From NCBI GenBank assembly GCA_041665145.1, contig JBAYJK010000001.1, positions 357,629-421,628 on the forward strand: a DNA stretch of 64,000 nucleotides. The letters run 5' to 3'. Made by a program: the position numbers and the translations under genes. The stretch comes from Patescibacteria group bacterium. GTDB lineage: Bacteria; Patescibacteriota; Microgenomatia; UBA1406. Each line of letters begins with the position of its first letter. Positions within the stretch are counted from its first letter, which is position 1. Below, in pieces: positions 37,350-48,308 of the stretch. The notes under the pieces are model-generated. The model did no database searches and was not told the DNA's origin. It saw only the letters and a list, made by a program, of their open reading frames with translations.

Positions 37350-40341
37350 GATTCACTACAAAAGAATCGCCCTTGTAATGTATGGTCTGGGCAAGTACTT
37401 TTTGCTTCAACAGCGTTTCGGATTTTTCTGAAATCCGTGGGTTTTCAGGTATTGTTAAGTCAATAGTATCCGTAACATCAAGTCCCAATTTCTTTCTTTC
37501 GTCTTGGATTTTCCTCATGTATTCTCGCACAAGACCTTCCTCCAGAAGCTCGGGAGTCATGGTTACATCAAATTCTGCGTGTGGGACTTGTGTCTTGCCC
37601 GACGTGAAAATAACACTTTTCACATTTAGTTCTTGCGCCATCAGTACAGAATATGAGCTTGTGTTCTCGGGAATTAAAAATTCCTGCTCGGCTGATAGCG
37701 TGACTTTAAGCTCTCGTAGTGGCTGGCGTACCTTTATTTGCAGAGCCTTCCGTGCACTATGGGAAATTTCCGTCAGCGACCGGACAAGATCCATATCTGA
37801 AACTAATGCACCGTTTTGCAACTGTTTTGGAAGTTGTGGCCACTCGGTTAAATGAACAGAATTATTTTCGTCCCGTGATAGTAATGTAAACAATTCTTCC
37901 GCAAAAAATGGGAGCATTGGTGACAGCACAACTGAAAGAGTTGTCAGGACAAACCCAAGTGTTGTATAAAAAGCATTTTTGTCTTCGAGATTATTACTAT
38001 TGCTCCCGACGCGTTCTCGAGACAATCGGATGTACCACTGCGAGACGTCATTAACCAGGCGTTCCATGGCAAGGGCAGCGTGTTCAGAATCAAAATCCGT
38101 CAGGCGCTCTTTAACTTCTTCAACAGTATTCCATAATCGACCGAGTATCCACATATCTAATAATGACAGCTTGCTCTTCAATAAACTCTTTTCCGTAAAG
38201 TTTTCCGGAAAAATCCCCTCTTTCTCAAGGCCCTCATAGGTAAGCAGATATTTAAGGCTGTTCCACAAAGGCAGATGAAATTGCCGTTTCACTTCATCCG
38301 TGATTTTGTACCCGAATAACAGGTTTTTAGTCGGATCTTGGCGACAATATAGCCAGCGCATAATATCAACACCGATTTTATCCGCGCCTTCGCTGAATTC
38401 TATGGAATTGCCCCACGACTTATGCATTGGTCTGCCATCTTCCGCGAGGCAGCTGCCGTAACCAAGCACCGTTTTGAACGGGGGAGTTTTCTCGAGAGCA
38501 GTACTCATTGCAATCAGGGAGTAAAACCAGTTCTTAAACTGACCCGGGAAAGACTCGGTAATAAACGTCGCCGGAAACCAGTCCTCCCAGTATTTTTTGT
38601 CAGAAGTATAGCTGAGTTTTTTAGTCTGAGGATCAACGAGTGTTGAGAAGGGAACGATTCCTGCATCTAACCACACGTTGCCTACATCAGGAAGGCGCGA
38701 CAGTGGCGTGTGACACTGAGGACACGAAATTTTTACTTCATCAATCCACGGTTTATGCGGTGTGTGTCCCTCAAATTTTTCCCACCCTTCACACGCACGA
38801 TCTTTTAATTCTTCCTTGCTGCCGATGATGGTAAAAGATTTGCATTTTTTACACTCATAGATAGGTAAGGCGAGACCCCAATACCGATTCGGTTTGCTGA
38901 TGAGCCAATCATGCATGTTATTCAGCCAATCGAGTTCACGTTCCAAGCCGAAACTGGGTAACCAGTTAATCGAGCGAGCCACATCAATCATTTGCTCTCG
39001 GTATGTGCGTTTCTTTTTGTCTGTCGGATCTGCCGTGTCCATGGCAATGTACCATTCGTCCGCTACCTTCCATACAAGTTCTGTTTTGCATCTCCAACAT
39101 GCCGGATAGCGATGCTTATATTTAACGACCTTAAGTAGGCAAGCCTTTCCTTCTTGTTCTTGTTGTTTAAGATAATCAATAATCAGTTCCGGGTGTTTTT
39201 TTGCGTTTTTACCCGAGAGAAAACCGAGATTATCCATGTAACTTGCGTCATCATTAATTACTGGGATCATGGGTAAACCGTATTTTTTACCCAGTTTAAA
39301 ATCTTCAACACCCGCAGAAACTGCCGTGTGCACCAATCCAGTACCTTCGGTAGTCGTAATCGGCAAAATCAGATCATCTGTTGCGACAACCGTATGGAAT
39401 TTCGGATGCGAGACAACCTTCTGTACCGCAGGAAGAGTATCAAATGGTGCGGTGTATTTTAAACCAACAAGTTTTGTTCCAGAAACTGTCTTAACAATTT
39501 TCTTATAATCTTTTCCAAAAACACTGCTGACTGCGTCAGCTGCTATCCATAGCAACCGGCCGTTCATATCCTCAACCAGCGAGTAATTCAGTTTTGCATC
39601 TATCGCAACCGCAATGTTTGCTGGAATAGTCCACGGAGTAGTTGTCCATACGACAAGAAACTCGTTTGTAGCATCTACTACAGGCAGTTCCAGATACACT
39701 GAATCATGCACAATTTCCTTGTAATCTTCCGTAAGCATTTCGTGTTGAGAGATCGCTGTTTGACATCGAGGGCACCAGGGAACAGATTCGGCACCCTTAT
39801 AAATCCACCCCTTTTCGTAACAGACCTTAAGGAAATGCCAAATCATATAGTTGTTCTCATCCGACATGGTGTAGTATGAGTGATCCCAGTCCATAAAGTA
39901 ACCGAGTCTCTTACTTTGTTCCGATTGTATTGACGAGTATTTTTTTACCCGTTCTTTGCATAACTCCACAAATTTTGCGATTGAAGCGAATTTGTCTCCA
40001 GGAACCAAATTTTCAATGTCTTTTTTGCTTCTGAGACCAAGCTCTTTTTCAACCTCAACCTCTACCCACAGTCCTTGACAGTCAAACCCGTTTTGGAAGC
40101 GCTGAGCATAACCTTGCAGATTATAGAATCGTTGCCATAAGTCTTTATATGTTCTACCCCAGCCATGATGGACCCCCATCGGGTTATTTGCTGTGATCGG
40201 GCCATCTATGAAGGAGAACCTTTTTTTGGAACCGTTATTTTTGGATAAGTACTTTTCTATTGTTCGGTTTTTTTTCCACAAATCCAACCATTTCTTTTCA
40301 ATTTCAGGGAAATTTGGTATGCCAGGTAAGCTATGGTTCAT
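37342..40341 (-). CDS. ileS: Isoleucyl-tRNA synthetase
   Basis: 999 aa class Ia synthetase. ANNPMGVHHGWGRT (HIGH-type), WCPRCQTAIS, YPACWRCKTELVW, MHKSWGNS (KMSKS-type), internal CPQC zinc knuckle. Ile assignment over Val/Leu rests on motif recall. Confidence 0.82.
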   Translation of the reverse strand: MNHSLPGIPNFPEIEKKWLDLWKKNRTIEKYLSKNNGSKKRFSFIDGPITANNPMGVHHGWGRTYKDLWQRFYNLQGYAQRFQNGFDCQGLWVEVEVEKELGLRSKKDIENLVPGDKFASIAKFVELCKERVKKYSSIQSEQSKRLGYFMDWDHSYYTMSDENNYMIWHFLKVCYEKGWIYKGAESVPWCPRCQTAISQHEMLTEDYKEIVHDSVYLELPVVDATNEFLVVWTTTPWTIPANIAVAIDAKLNYSLVEDMNGRLLWIAADAVSSVFGKDYKKIVKTVSGTKLVGLKYTAPFDTLPAVQKVVSHPKFHTVVATDDLILPITTTEGTGLVHTAVSAGVEDFKLGKKYGLPMIPVINDDASYMDNLGFLSGKNAKKHPELIIDYLKQQEQEGKACLLKVVKYKHRYPACWRCKTELVWKVADEWYIAMDTADPTDKKKRTYREQMIDVARSINWLPSFGLERELDWLNNMHDWLISKPNRYWGLALPIYECKKCKSFTIIGSKEELKDRACEGWEKFEGHTPHKPWIDEVKISCPQCHTPLSRLPDVGNVWLDAGIVPFSTLVDPQTKKLSYTSDKKYWEDWFPATFITESFPGQFKNWFYSLIAMSTALEKTPPFKTVLGYGSCLAEDGRPMHKSWGNSIEFSEGADKIGVDIMRWLYCRQDPTKNLLFGYKITDEVKRQFHLPLWNSLKYLLTYEGLEKEGIFPENFTEKSLLKSKLSLLDMWILGRLWNTVEEVKERLTDFDSEHAALAMERLVNDVSQWYIRLSRERVGSNSNNLEDKNAFYTTLGFVLTTLSVVLSPMLPFFAEELFTLLSRDENNSVHLTEWPQLPKQLQNGALVSDMDLVRSLTEISHSARKALQIKVRQPLRELKVTLSAEQEFLIPENTSSYSVLMAQELNVKSVIFTSGKTQVPHAEFDVTMTPELLEEGLVREYMRKIQDERKKLGLDVTDTIDLTIPENPRISEKSETLLKQKVLAQTIHYKGDSFVVNRE

Positions 40342-40350
40342 AGAGTAGCA

Positions 40351-41415
40351 TTATACTACTTTTTTTCTGAGGAAAGCAGGTATCTCGAGCTCTTCATAGT
40401 CATCATTCGACCTTTCAGGAAGCTCTGATGTAATGCTTGAAACGCTGTCTTTATTAATGCGGCTCTCATCAAACTTTGTGGCCACAAGCGTAATTTTGAT
40501 GTCGTCGGTTAACGAAGGATCTATAGCCGCTCCAAAAATGATCTGAGCATTCGGATCGGCATTCTTTGTAATAAGTTCTGCAGCTTCGTGCACCTCGCTC
40601 ATCGTTAGATTCTCGCCACCGACGATATTGAACAATACCCCTTTTGCTCCGTCAATCGAGAGTTCAAGTAGGGGAGAAGTCATGGCCTGCTTCACCGCCT
40701 GCACAGCACGACGTTCACCCGTTCCCATGCCGATACCCATAATGGCTGTCCCGGCGTTTTGCATAATTGCTTTAACGTCGGCAAAGTCTACGTTTATGAG
40801 TCCTGGTAGGGTGATTATCTCCGCCAGACCCTTTACGCCCTGTGTTAAGACCGTGTCTACTTCACGAAATGCACTGAGCAACGTGAGCTTCTTGTCGCCG
40901 ATATCAATGACTTTCTGATTGGGAATGGTTATGAGGGCATCAACTTTTTCTTTCAGATTCTTAATACCGTCGGTTGCGACAACCATTCTTCTGGAGCCTT
41001 CGAAACCAAACGGTTTTGTAACAACAGCAATGGTCAATGCACCGCTTTCTTTTGCGACTTCAGCGACAATGGGAGATGCTCCTGTTCCGGTTCCACCGCC
41101 CATACCGGCTGTAATGAAAACAAGATCAGCACCGTCTAAGTATTCTTTCAACCGCTCACGGGATTCTTCAGCTGCTTGTTTTCCAATCTCCGGGTTACCG
41201 CCTGCTCCGAGCCCCTTGGTTACTTTGTCGCCAATTTGCACCTTAGTTTCGGCCTTATTTATAAGCAACGCTTGAGCGTCTGTATTGATAGCAATAAACT
41301 CGACACCTTCAATACGTTCTGTTCCGATCATCGTTGCGACGGCATTACATCCACCACCGCCGACACCGACAAGTTTAATCTTTGCTATTTTTTTAGCGTC
41401 CGGTTTGATAAGCAT
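40351..41415 (-). CDS. ftsZ: Cell division GTPase FtsZ
   Basis: GVGGGGCNAV and GMGGGTGTGASP tubulin signature. Confidence 0.97.
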   Translation of the reverse strand: MLIKPDAKKIAKIKLVGVGGGGCNAVATMIGTERIEGVEFIAINTDAQALLINKAETKVQIGDKVTKGLGAGGNPEIGKQAAEESRERLKEYLDGADLVFITAGMGGGTGTGASPIVAEVAKESGALTIAVVTKPFGFEGSRRMVVATDGIKNLKEKVDALITIPNQKVIDIGDKKLTLLSAFREVDTVLTQGVKGLAEIITLPGLINVDFADVKAIMQNAGTAIMGIGMGTGERRAVQAVKQAMTSPLLELSIDGAKGVLFNIVGGENLTMSEVHEAAELITKNADPNAQIIFGAAIDPSLTDDIKITLVATKFDESRINKDSVSSITSELPERSNDDYEELEIPAFLRKKVV

Positions 41416-41417
41416 GT

Positions 41418-42713
41418 TTACTTAGATCCTGGTACGAAACTTTTAAAGAAGTCTACTACTTTCCCGAAATTATTTTTGAAATCCACATTTTTAAAAAACT
41501 GTGGAAGTTGGGGAATATTGAATGGCTTGTCCGACGGTCTTTCTTCCTGTGAATAGAGAAGCGCTCCAACGAGCGGTGAATAACTGGGGTCATGGAGCTC
41601 GTCGGAAATGCCCGAAAGTTCCATAGGCATACCGATCCGTACGGGAACACCCAGTTCTTTTTTCAGTACCTCGACCAGGTACGGAGTCATGGAACCTCCG
41701 CCGGTAGCAATAAGTCCTGCTGGAACCTGATCTTTCAGGTTGTAGTCGGTAAGCTCTTTCTTGATATACTCGGCAATCTCCTCCAAACGAGGTTTAATAA
41801 TACCGCTTACGACAACTTTTTGGGAAATCGAATCCATTTTTTCCGGAAGCGCAAGGCTGGCTATAGAGATTTCATCGATATTGTCATCGGCCTTTTTATG
41901 CAACAATTTTGAGGACTTCGGGTTTTGTCGCTCTCCCAAAAACAGCTTTATTTTTTCTGCCGACGGGAGTGAAATACGTAAGCCCGCTGCAATATCACTG
42001 GTGACATTTTTTGACCCGAGAGGTACTGAGGCCGTGTGTGCGACCGAACCGTCAATGTACACACATAACTCGGTTGTGCCGGCTCCGATGTCGAGTACCA
42101 CGCAACCCAATTCTTTTTCGGTCTCATTGACTACGGCGTATGCCGCAGCCAACCCCGAAAATACATACGCACTTACGTCAACACCTAACTGACTGCAAGC
42201 TTTTTGAATATTACTGAGATTGGTGGCATTAGCGGTGATAATATGAGTATCTACCTCCAGTCGCACACCATTCATTCCTACGGGATTCTTAATTCCCATC
42301 TGGCCGTCAACAATAAATTCCTTCGGGAGTACATGTATAATCTGCCGGTTTGCCGCCAAAGATATGGCTTGGGCTGATTCAATAGCTCTTCCAACATCCT
42401 CTTCACCGATTTCCTTATTCTGAACATTAACGGCAACTATGCCATGTGACGTCTGCGAAGCAATATGAGGCCCTCCTGTAATAACAACGGCGTGATTTAT
42501 CCTGCTTCCTGCCATTCGTTCTGCCTGAGTAAGACAGAGTTCCAGACTTTTCACCGTTTCCTGGATATCAATAATCTGCGCCCGTTTTACACCTTTGCTG
42601 GGGACAGTGGAAAAGCCCGTAATCCTAACGGACGTGTCGTGATCAATATTGACTGTTGCAACTGCACATGCGATCTTGGATGAGCCCAGTTCTATAGCTG
42701 CTATTGTATTCAT
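41418..42713 (-). CDS. ftsA: Cell division protein FtsA
   Basis: Actin-like ATPase motifs (LDIGAGTTELCVY, GGGSMTPYL); adjacent to ftsZ. Confidence 0.93.
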   Translation of the reverse strand: MNTIAAIELGSSKIACAVATVNIDHDTSVRITGFSTVPSKGVKRAQIIDIQETVKSLELCLTQAERMAGSRINHAVVITGGPHIASQTSHGIVAVNVQNKEIGEEDVGRAIESAQAISLAANRQIIHVLPKEFIVDGQMGIKNPVGMNGVRLEVDTHIITANATNLSNIQKACSQLGVDVSAYVFSGLAAAYAVVNETEKELGCVVLDIGAGTTELCVYIDGSVAHTASVPLGSKNVTSDIAAGLRISLPSAEKIKLFLGERQNPKSSKLLHKKADDNIDEISIASLALPEKMDSISQKVVVSGIIKPRLEEIAEYIKKELTDYNLKDQVPAGLIATGGGSMTPYLVEVLKKELGVPVRIGMPMELSGISDELHDPSYSPLVGALLYSQEERPSDKPFNIPQLPQFFKNVDFKNNFGKVVDFFKSFVPGSK

Positions 42714-43462
42714 ACGGTTATTATTGGTTTATCGAACTCAAGGTTTATGGACGAAGGCTTAACCCCCTTACGTTCAAGGCCCTTAATGATATTGTGCAAA
42801 ATAAAAAGAATTTTAGCAATGTCTTTTTCAGTTCCGAGCGTCACGGTGAGCGGTTTTTCTTTAAATGTTACCAATAGTTTTCCGGGTTGCGCTATCGTGA
42901 TTTTTTCAAGCGGAAACGGTAGTCTCGAACGAAGGCGGACAATCTCGATAGACTTCTGAATCTCAAGCGCGGTGAGCATGGTTCCCGGTTTGGTTTCGAA
43001 GGAACGAAGGTGTTGGAAGTATTCAACCGTAATGAGACTCTCTGTCGTTAACGTCTCAGTCTTCATAATCCTGCCGAACTCTGATACTATGAGGAAACTG
43101 TGATTGTTCGGTATCTGGACAAGGGGTCTGGCTTTTTGAGCAGTAATCACGACGGAGTTCGGGTAGGATTTCCGAACGGTTACTGCCTGAAGTTCCGGCG
43201 AGCGATTCAAAATAAATGCGGCCTCTTTGTGCTCATTCAGCAGCAGCAGGTTTTTGCCTGAAATATTCGAAAGACTGTTTTTGGGTATAAGAGGTGAGGC
43301 GATAATTGTCTCAATCCGGCAAAGATATGCAATTGCTAAAATTATGATAACTTCCGAGATTATGATAGCTGCGGAAAAGAAAGATAATTTCTTATATCCC
43401 TGCTTGTTCGATAATCGTTCTCCCGGAAACCATGAGTTTTTTGTAGGTGTTAAGCGTATCAT
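42710..43462 (-). CDS. ftsQ: FtsQ/DivIB-like cell division protein
   Basis: Single TM helix plus POTRA-like region, positioned between murG and ftsA. Overlaps the murG 3' end by 71 nt. Confidence 0.7.
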   Translation of the reverse strand: MIRLTPTKNSWFPGERLSNKQGYKKLSFFSAAIIISEVIIILAIAYLCRIETIIASPLIPKNSLSNISGKNLLLLNEHKEAAFILNRSPELQAVTVRKSYPNSVVITAQKARPLVQIPNNHSFLIVSEFGRIMKTETLTTESLITVEYFQHLRSFETKPGTMLTALEIQKSIEIVRLRSRLPFPLEKITIAQPGKLLVTFKEKPLTVTLGTEKDIAKILFILHNIIKGLERKGVKPSSINLEFDKPIITV

Positions 43463-44456
43463 ATTTATGTATCAATCTGAGCCGTTGTTCATAGGCTTTT
43501 ACTATTATAGAATAAAGTGTGTTCTGCTGTTCTTGGTTGTAAATGTATCCGACACCGGCTTTGCTGAGAATTTCCGCGAGCGCTTTTTGTTCACCGTGTG
43601 CAGACCAGGGAAGCGGGATGAGAACGCACGGTGTTAATTTCTGCAGAACCAAAAAAAATGTGTTTGCACCGGATCTTGTAACGAGAATACCGACATGATC
43701 CATGAGATAATCCAGTTCACTCGGGGTGATAAACTCCCTGACTGTATAATCGTGCGACTCCCTTGCACGGAGTCTGCCGAAGTCATGATATATATTATCT
43801 CCGGTTTGGTGTACGACTCGGAATTGTGGGGAAAGTTTGTCAATTATTTCTTCGATGCGTATGTTAACACTATGCGAACCTGAACTTCCACCCAGTACGA
43901 GAAGGAGAGGCTTCTTTGAAGTACTCAACCAAAGAGGCGCGTCCGGCTTTTGTTCTTCGTGATAAATAGGAATTCCGGTATGCACTACTTTCTTTTGTGG
44001 GAAAAATTTCTCTGTTTCCGGAAACGTAATGAATATCTTTTTGGCAAAACGGGCGAGTATTCTGTTTGCAGTCCCCGGAATGATTGTCTGTTCATGTATC
44101 ACTACGGGAATGTGCAAAAGCCAAGCGGCAGTGCATACGGGTATGGACAAATAACTCCCGAATGAAAGCACATACGACGGACGAGTTTTACCGAAGGCAA
44201 TAAGGGATTGGATCACCCCTAAAACCATATCAACACTGTTCTTTAAACCCCGTCCACTCTCTATGTTGTGCCATTTGATGTGTTGGTTCTCACTCAACAT
44301 CCGATACTCAAGGCTCACGTCTTTTTTGTCTGAAAATGCATGTTTACGGCCAAAAAACAGAACACGCTTCCCTGCATCCAATGCTGCGAGTGCACACGTA
44401 TATCCGGGTGCAAAATGCCCGCCTACTATCGCTATTGTCTCCGAATTGTTAGTCAT
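43392..44456 (-). CDS. murG: UDP-GlcNAc:lipid I N-acetylglucosaminyltransferase MurG (GT28)
   Basis: GGHFAPGY N-terminal G-loop, LVLGGSSGSHSVN, dcw cluster context. Confidence 0.85.
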   Translation of the reverse strand: MTNNSETIAIVGGHFAPGYTCALAALDAGKRVLFFGRKHAFSDKKDVSLEYRMLSENQHIKWHNIESGRGLKNSVDMVLGVIQSLIAFGKTRPSYVLSFGSYLSIPVCTAAWLLHIPVVIHEQTIIPGTANRILARFAKKIFITFPETEKFFPQKKVVHTGIPIYHEEQKPDAPLWLSTSKKPLLLVLGGSSGSHSVNIRIEEIIDKLSPQFRVVHQTGDNIYHDFGRLRARESHDYTVREFITPSELDYLMDHVGILVTRSGANTFFLVLQKLTPCVLIPLPWSAHGEQKALAEILSKAGVGYIYNQEQQNTLYSIIVKAYEQRLRLIHKYDTLNTYKKLMVSGRTIIEQAGI

Positions 44457-45550
44457 GCTCTTTTTTGTTGTTGATTTAGAATATTAACAAGAATTCCAAG
44501 CAAAATATAGAACGTCACAAGAGATGAGCCTCCATAGGAAATGAACGGTAACGGAACACCGGTCAACGGAAGCAATTGAACCATAGCTCCAAGATTTATG
44601 AGTGTTTGGAGGCCTATAAGGAATATAATCCCGGAAGCGAGTAAGTATCCCAGGCGGTCACGGATTTCACCAAATCGCTTATATGCGAGATAGAGCAGTG
44701 ACATGTAAGAAACTGCTATGAGGGAAGTTCCTATAAATCCAAAGTTTTCTCCGATAATTGCAAAAATAGAATCAGTATGTGCTTCCGGAAGAAACTGGAA
44801 TTTTTGTCGGGAATTTCCGAATCCCACACCTCCGACACCTCCCAATGAGAGGGCAATATTTATTTGTTTAACGTGGTAACCGATGCCTTGCGGATCGGAA
44901 TCGGGGTTTGCAAAAGTTACAAGGCGTTGAAATCTGTATGGGGAAGAAATAGCAAGGAATCCTACCACAACGAATGCTACCGGAATTATGAACCCGAGGT
45001 GATATAAGGGGGCACCAGAAACAAAGTAAAGAAAAACGGCCATGATGCCGAGTATTACTGCGGTTCCAAGGTCGGGTTGTATCATGACCAGGCCGATAAC
45101 AACGCTTGCGAGAAATAAGAACGCAACAAATCTGCTTCGCTCTTTGAAGGAAAACCATGCGGATAAATAAATTATCAGACTCATTTTAGTTAATTCTGAT
45201 GGTTGGATATTTATAAACCCAATGTGCAGCCAACGCTTTGCACCGAGTGCAGTGGTATACAGTCCGGGAACAAAGACGATCATAAGTAAAAATAGGTTGC
45301 CAAGCAGTATGGGTAACGCAAGGCTGTAAAGTAAATGGTAGTCGAGCATGGAGAAAAAAACGAAGGCAATCATGGCAACGCCAAACCATCTTAATTGGGC
45401 CTTTACAAAGTAAAAGGCATCTCCGTATATACGAATCGCGGAAATAGATGACGCTTCGTAAATCATAAAGATACCGAATATGGTCAGAAGCAATGAAATG
45501 ATCACGAAGGGATGAGTGAACGGTAAGCGAAACAGGGGTTTACGTGCCAT
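44453..45550 (-). CDS. ftsW: SEDS-family protein FtsW
   Basis: PEAHTDSIFA and PFISYGGSS motifs; positioned between murD and murG. Confidence 0.88.
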   Translation of the reverse strand: MARKPLFRLPFTHPFVIISLLLTIFGIFMIYEASSISAIRIYGDAFYFVKAQLRWFGVAMIAFVFFSMLDYHLLYSLALPILLGNLFLLMIVFVPGLYTTALGAKRWLHIGFINIQPSELTKMSLIIYLSAWFSFKERSRFVAFLFLASVVIGLVMIQPDLGTAVILGIMAVFLYFVSGAPLYHLGFIIPVAFVVVGFLAISSPYRFQRLVTFANPDSDPQGIGYHVKQINIALSLGGVGGVGFGNSRQKFQFLPEAHTDSIFAIIGENFGFIGTSLIAVSYMSLLYLAYKRFGEIRDRLGYLLASGIIFLIGLQTLINLGAMVQLLPLTGVPLPFISYGGSSLVTFYILLGILVNILNQQQKRA

Positions 45551-46898
45551 ATTTCTTCTGAAAACTCACAAACGTGTTAGTAAACTGATTTCCACGATCA
45601 AATTCGTTTTTGAAAGTGGCAAAAGATGTTGCAGCAGGGGAAAAAAGAACAACATCCTGCGGTGTAAGTTTGGGGATGAGAGATTCGAATAACCGTTCGA
45701 ATGCGGAATATGTTTCATCGGATACAAGCGGTTTTGACAGACTGCTTTTAACCTCGTCGGTCATGGTTCCTGCAAGAAGCACTATTCGTGATGCGTATGT
45801 GCCGATGTTTTCTAACAACTCTTCAGTCGGGAGATTTTTACTATTGCCTCCTAAGATGAGAATAATCGAGCGGCCATTTTCCTGCTTGCTGATGGCTTTG
45901 AGAGCGGTTATGCACGCAATGGGAGTTGTGCTGGTAGAATCATTGTAAAAGGGAACTTGATGTATGGTTCCCAACTTTTCCAAACGGAAATGCAAGCCTT
46001 TGAAATCAGCTATGGTGGAAAGAGCTTCTTGTTCCGGGATTTTACAGAGACGTGCTACAGCAAGAGCCAGTGCTGCATTGTTGTAGTTATGTTCTCCGAA
46101 AAGATGTTTTAGTGTAAGATTAAAGTCTTTCTTCGAGGCGATAATCACGGTACTTTTAACTGCGCTTTCAGCGGGAAGCAGACCCATGATATGGGACGTT
46201 GTTACCAGAGAGTCTGTAGGTTCTTGAAAACGGAAAATATTTATTTTATCTTGAAGATACGCATCCATAGACCCGTGATAGTTAAGATGATCCGGATAGA
46301 AATTCGTAAATACCGCTATGTTCGGACGTGCTTTAAGTTCCTCGAATGAGTGTAATTGGTATGAGGACAGCTCTAATACCGTAATATCATTTTCAGTCTG
46401 TTGACCAAGCAGTCTGATAGCTGCATGGTCGGGGACATTTCCGGCAAGTTCAACCCGCTTTCCTGAGTGTTTTCGCAATACGTCATAAATCATAGCAGTC
46501 GTGGTGCTCTTTCCCCGCGTGCCGGTAATACCAATGGTGAATGAAGGTGTGTACTTCATGAATATTGCTATTTCCATAGTCACTTGCTTTTGCAATTTGC
46601 GTGCGAGTATCAAGAGTGGGTGATCAAATTTTACTCCCGGATTCTGAATGATGACGTCTGCCCATCGGATATCTTTTTCGGTATGTTCTCCGAGTGTATA
46701 ACTTACGTTTGCGAAGGTATTGAGTTTCTCAATTGAAGCAGCGAGTGTTTCGGGTGTTTTTTGATCTGTTACCCGTACTTCGCATCCGAGTGTTGCGAAA
46801 AAAAAAGCGGTTTCTACACCCCCGCCTTGTATACCGAGACCGAATATTAGAATTTTCTTGTTTTTGTATTGTAGTTCGAAGTCCTTTGATACTGCCAT
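45540..46898 (-). CDS. murD: UDP-N-acetylmuramoyl-L-alanine:D-glutamate ligase MurD
   Basis: ILIFGLGIQGGG Rossmann N-terminus, GITGTRGKSTT P-loop; position after mraY. Confidence 0.92.
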   Translation of the reverse strand: MAVSKDFELQYKNKKILIFGLGIQGGGVETAFFFATLGCEVRVTDQKTPETLAASIEKLNTFANVSYTLGEHTEKDIRWADVIIQNPGVKFDHPLLILARKLQKQVTMEIAIFMKYTPSFTIGITGTRGKSTTTAMIYDVLRKHSGKRVELAGNVPDHAAIRLLGQQTENDITVLELSSYQLHSFEELKARPNIAVFTNFYPDHLNYHGSMDAYLQDKINIFRFQEPTDSLVTTSHIMGLLPAESAVKSTVIIASKKDFNLTLKHLFGEHNYNNAALALAVARLCKIPEQEALSTIADFKGLHFRLEKLGTIHQVPFYNDSTSTTPIACITALKAISKQENGRSIILILGGNSKNLPTEELLENIGTYASRIVLLAGTMTDEVKSSLSKPLVSDETYSAFERLFESLIPKLTPQDVVLFSPAATSFATFKNEFDRGNQFTNTFVSFQKKYGT

Positions 46899-46905
46899 AG
46901 GCGTG

Positions 46906-47946
46906 TTATTTTATGAAAGCAATCCATAAACCGATAAATGAACAGATGATGGTAACGAGCCACAAACGATTAACAATTTTTGGTTCTTCCCATTTTTTCA
47001 ATTGAAGATACAGGTGAAGCGGTGCAACGGGGAAAAATTTTTTCTTGAGAAATTTTTTTGAAAGGAGTTGTATGAATGAGGTTGAAATCTCCGCAACAAA
47101 TACCATCCCGATAAGCGGCAAAAGGAGAGCTTTACCTAACAACAGACCGATGACCGCGAATGTCGCTCCGAACGCAAGCGCTCCCGTATCTCCAAGCATG
47201 ATGCGGGCAGGGTACACATTGAAGTACAGAAATGTCAATAATCCTCCAACCCAAATAGCAATAAACACCGAAAGCAGCGTGTCTAATGAAGAAGAAGAGA
47301 TTACCCAAAACGTGATTAGCGAAATCAAAAGTACTCCCGATGAAAGCCCGTCCAATCCGTCAGTAATATTATACGCATTAGCAAACGCCACAATAACAAA
47401 AACTGCAAACACAATATATAACGGGCCGATAGGTATGACGCCCACAAACGGAATATGAATAAAATTAATACCGAGCCACACATACATCATTAAACCGATA
47501 ATGAACGCAACAAGAAGCTCGATAATAAGTTTGTGTCTCATTCGCAGTCCGAAGAATCCCTTTTTAGCTACGTTGAAGATTTTGTGCCAATCGTCGTAAA
47601 AGCCGAGCAGTCCGAAAGCAAACGGAGTAAAGAAAAGAATAACCGCCTCTTTCTTTATGTCTTTAAAACCGGAAATAATAGGAACGTTGAAAAGAAAAAA
47701 GAGGAATAAAAAAAAACTGAGCATGGCGAGTGTCGTAGCGATAATCAGAATTCCTCCACCGATTGGGACACCTGCCTTATGTTTATGAAAGTAATCGAAG
47801 ATGGGGGTAAGTTTATTGAACGGGTCTTTCGTGGTCTGCTTTTGACGTTGAAAATGTGCCTGATACAGGAAATTGATAAACGGGATCATGAGAAACGAGT
47901 TTACGACAAACGAAAACAATAATATGCCCAGATATAAACCTATCAT
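46906..47946 (-). CDS. mraY: Phospho-N-acetylmuramoyl-pentapeptide transferase MraY
   Basis: 10 TM helices; NAYNITDGLDGL and MLGDTGALAFG motifs. Confidence 0.95.
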   Translation of the reverse strand: MIGLYLGILLFSFVVNSFLMIPFINFLYQAHFQRQKQTTKDPFNKLTPIFDYFHKHKAGVPIGGGILIIATTLAMLSFFLFLFFLFNVPIISGFKDIKKEAVILFFTPFAFGLLGFYDDWHKIFNVAKKGFFGLRMRHKLIIELLVAFIIGLMMYVWLGINFIHIPFVGVIPIGPLYIVFAVFVIVAFANAYNITDGLDGLSSGVLLISLITFWVISSSSLDTLLSVFIAIWVGGLLTFLYFNVYPARIMLGDTGALAFGATFAVIGLLLGKALLLPLIGMVFVAEISTSFIQLLSKKFLKKKFFPVAPLHLYLQLKKWEEPKIVNRLWLVTIICSFIGLWIAFIK

Positions 47947-48305
47947 AATTTCGGTACGAATATCATAATTCCAATGAGCAACGCGTACATGGCGTATATA
48001 AATACAGCGGCGGCGGATACGTCTTTTGCATGTTTAATGGTCGGGTTGTAATCGGTGGTGATAGCATTTGTTGTTTGTTCAAGGCTGGTATTGATGAGCT
48101 CAAGAACAATTGTGGTGAAAATGACCGAAAAGACCATCATCCATTCATATTGGGAAATCTTCAAAAATACTCCCAAACTGAGTGCGGCGACGGTCATGAT
48201 GATATGAATCCGTAAATTAAGCTGTGATTTTGCAGCCCATAGGAAACCTTGAATAGCATATCTGAAACCGTTCAATAGTCCTGTGTGTTTCCGAAAAATA
48301 CTCAT
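47943..48305 (-). CDS. dgkA: Diacylglycerol/undecaprenol kinase (DgkA family)
   Basis: 120 aa, 3 TM helices, ELINTSLEQ motif. Confidence 0.8.
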   Translation of the reverse strand: MSIFRKHTGLLNGFRYAIQGFLWAAKSQLNLRIHIIMTVAALSLGVFLKISQYEWMMVFSVIFTTIVLELINTSLEQTTNAITTDYNPTIKHAKDVSAAAVFIYAMYALLIGIMIFVPKL

Positions 48306-48308
48306 AAT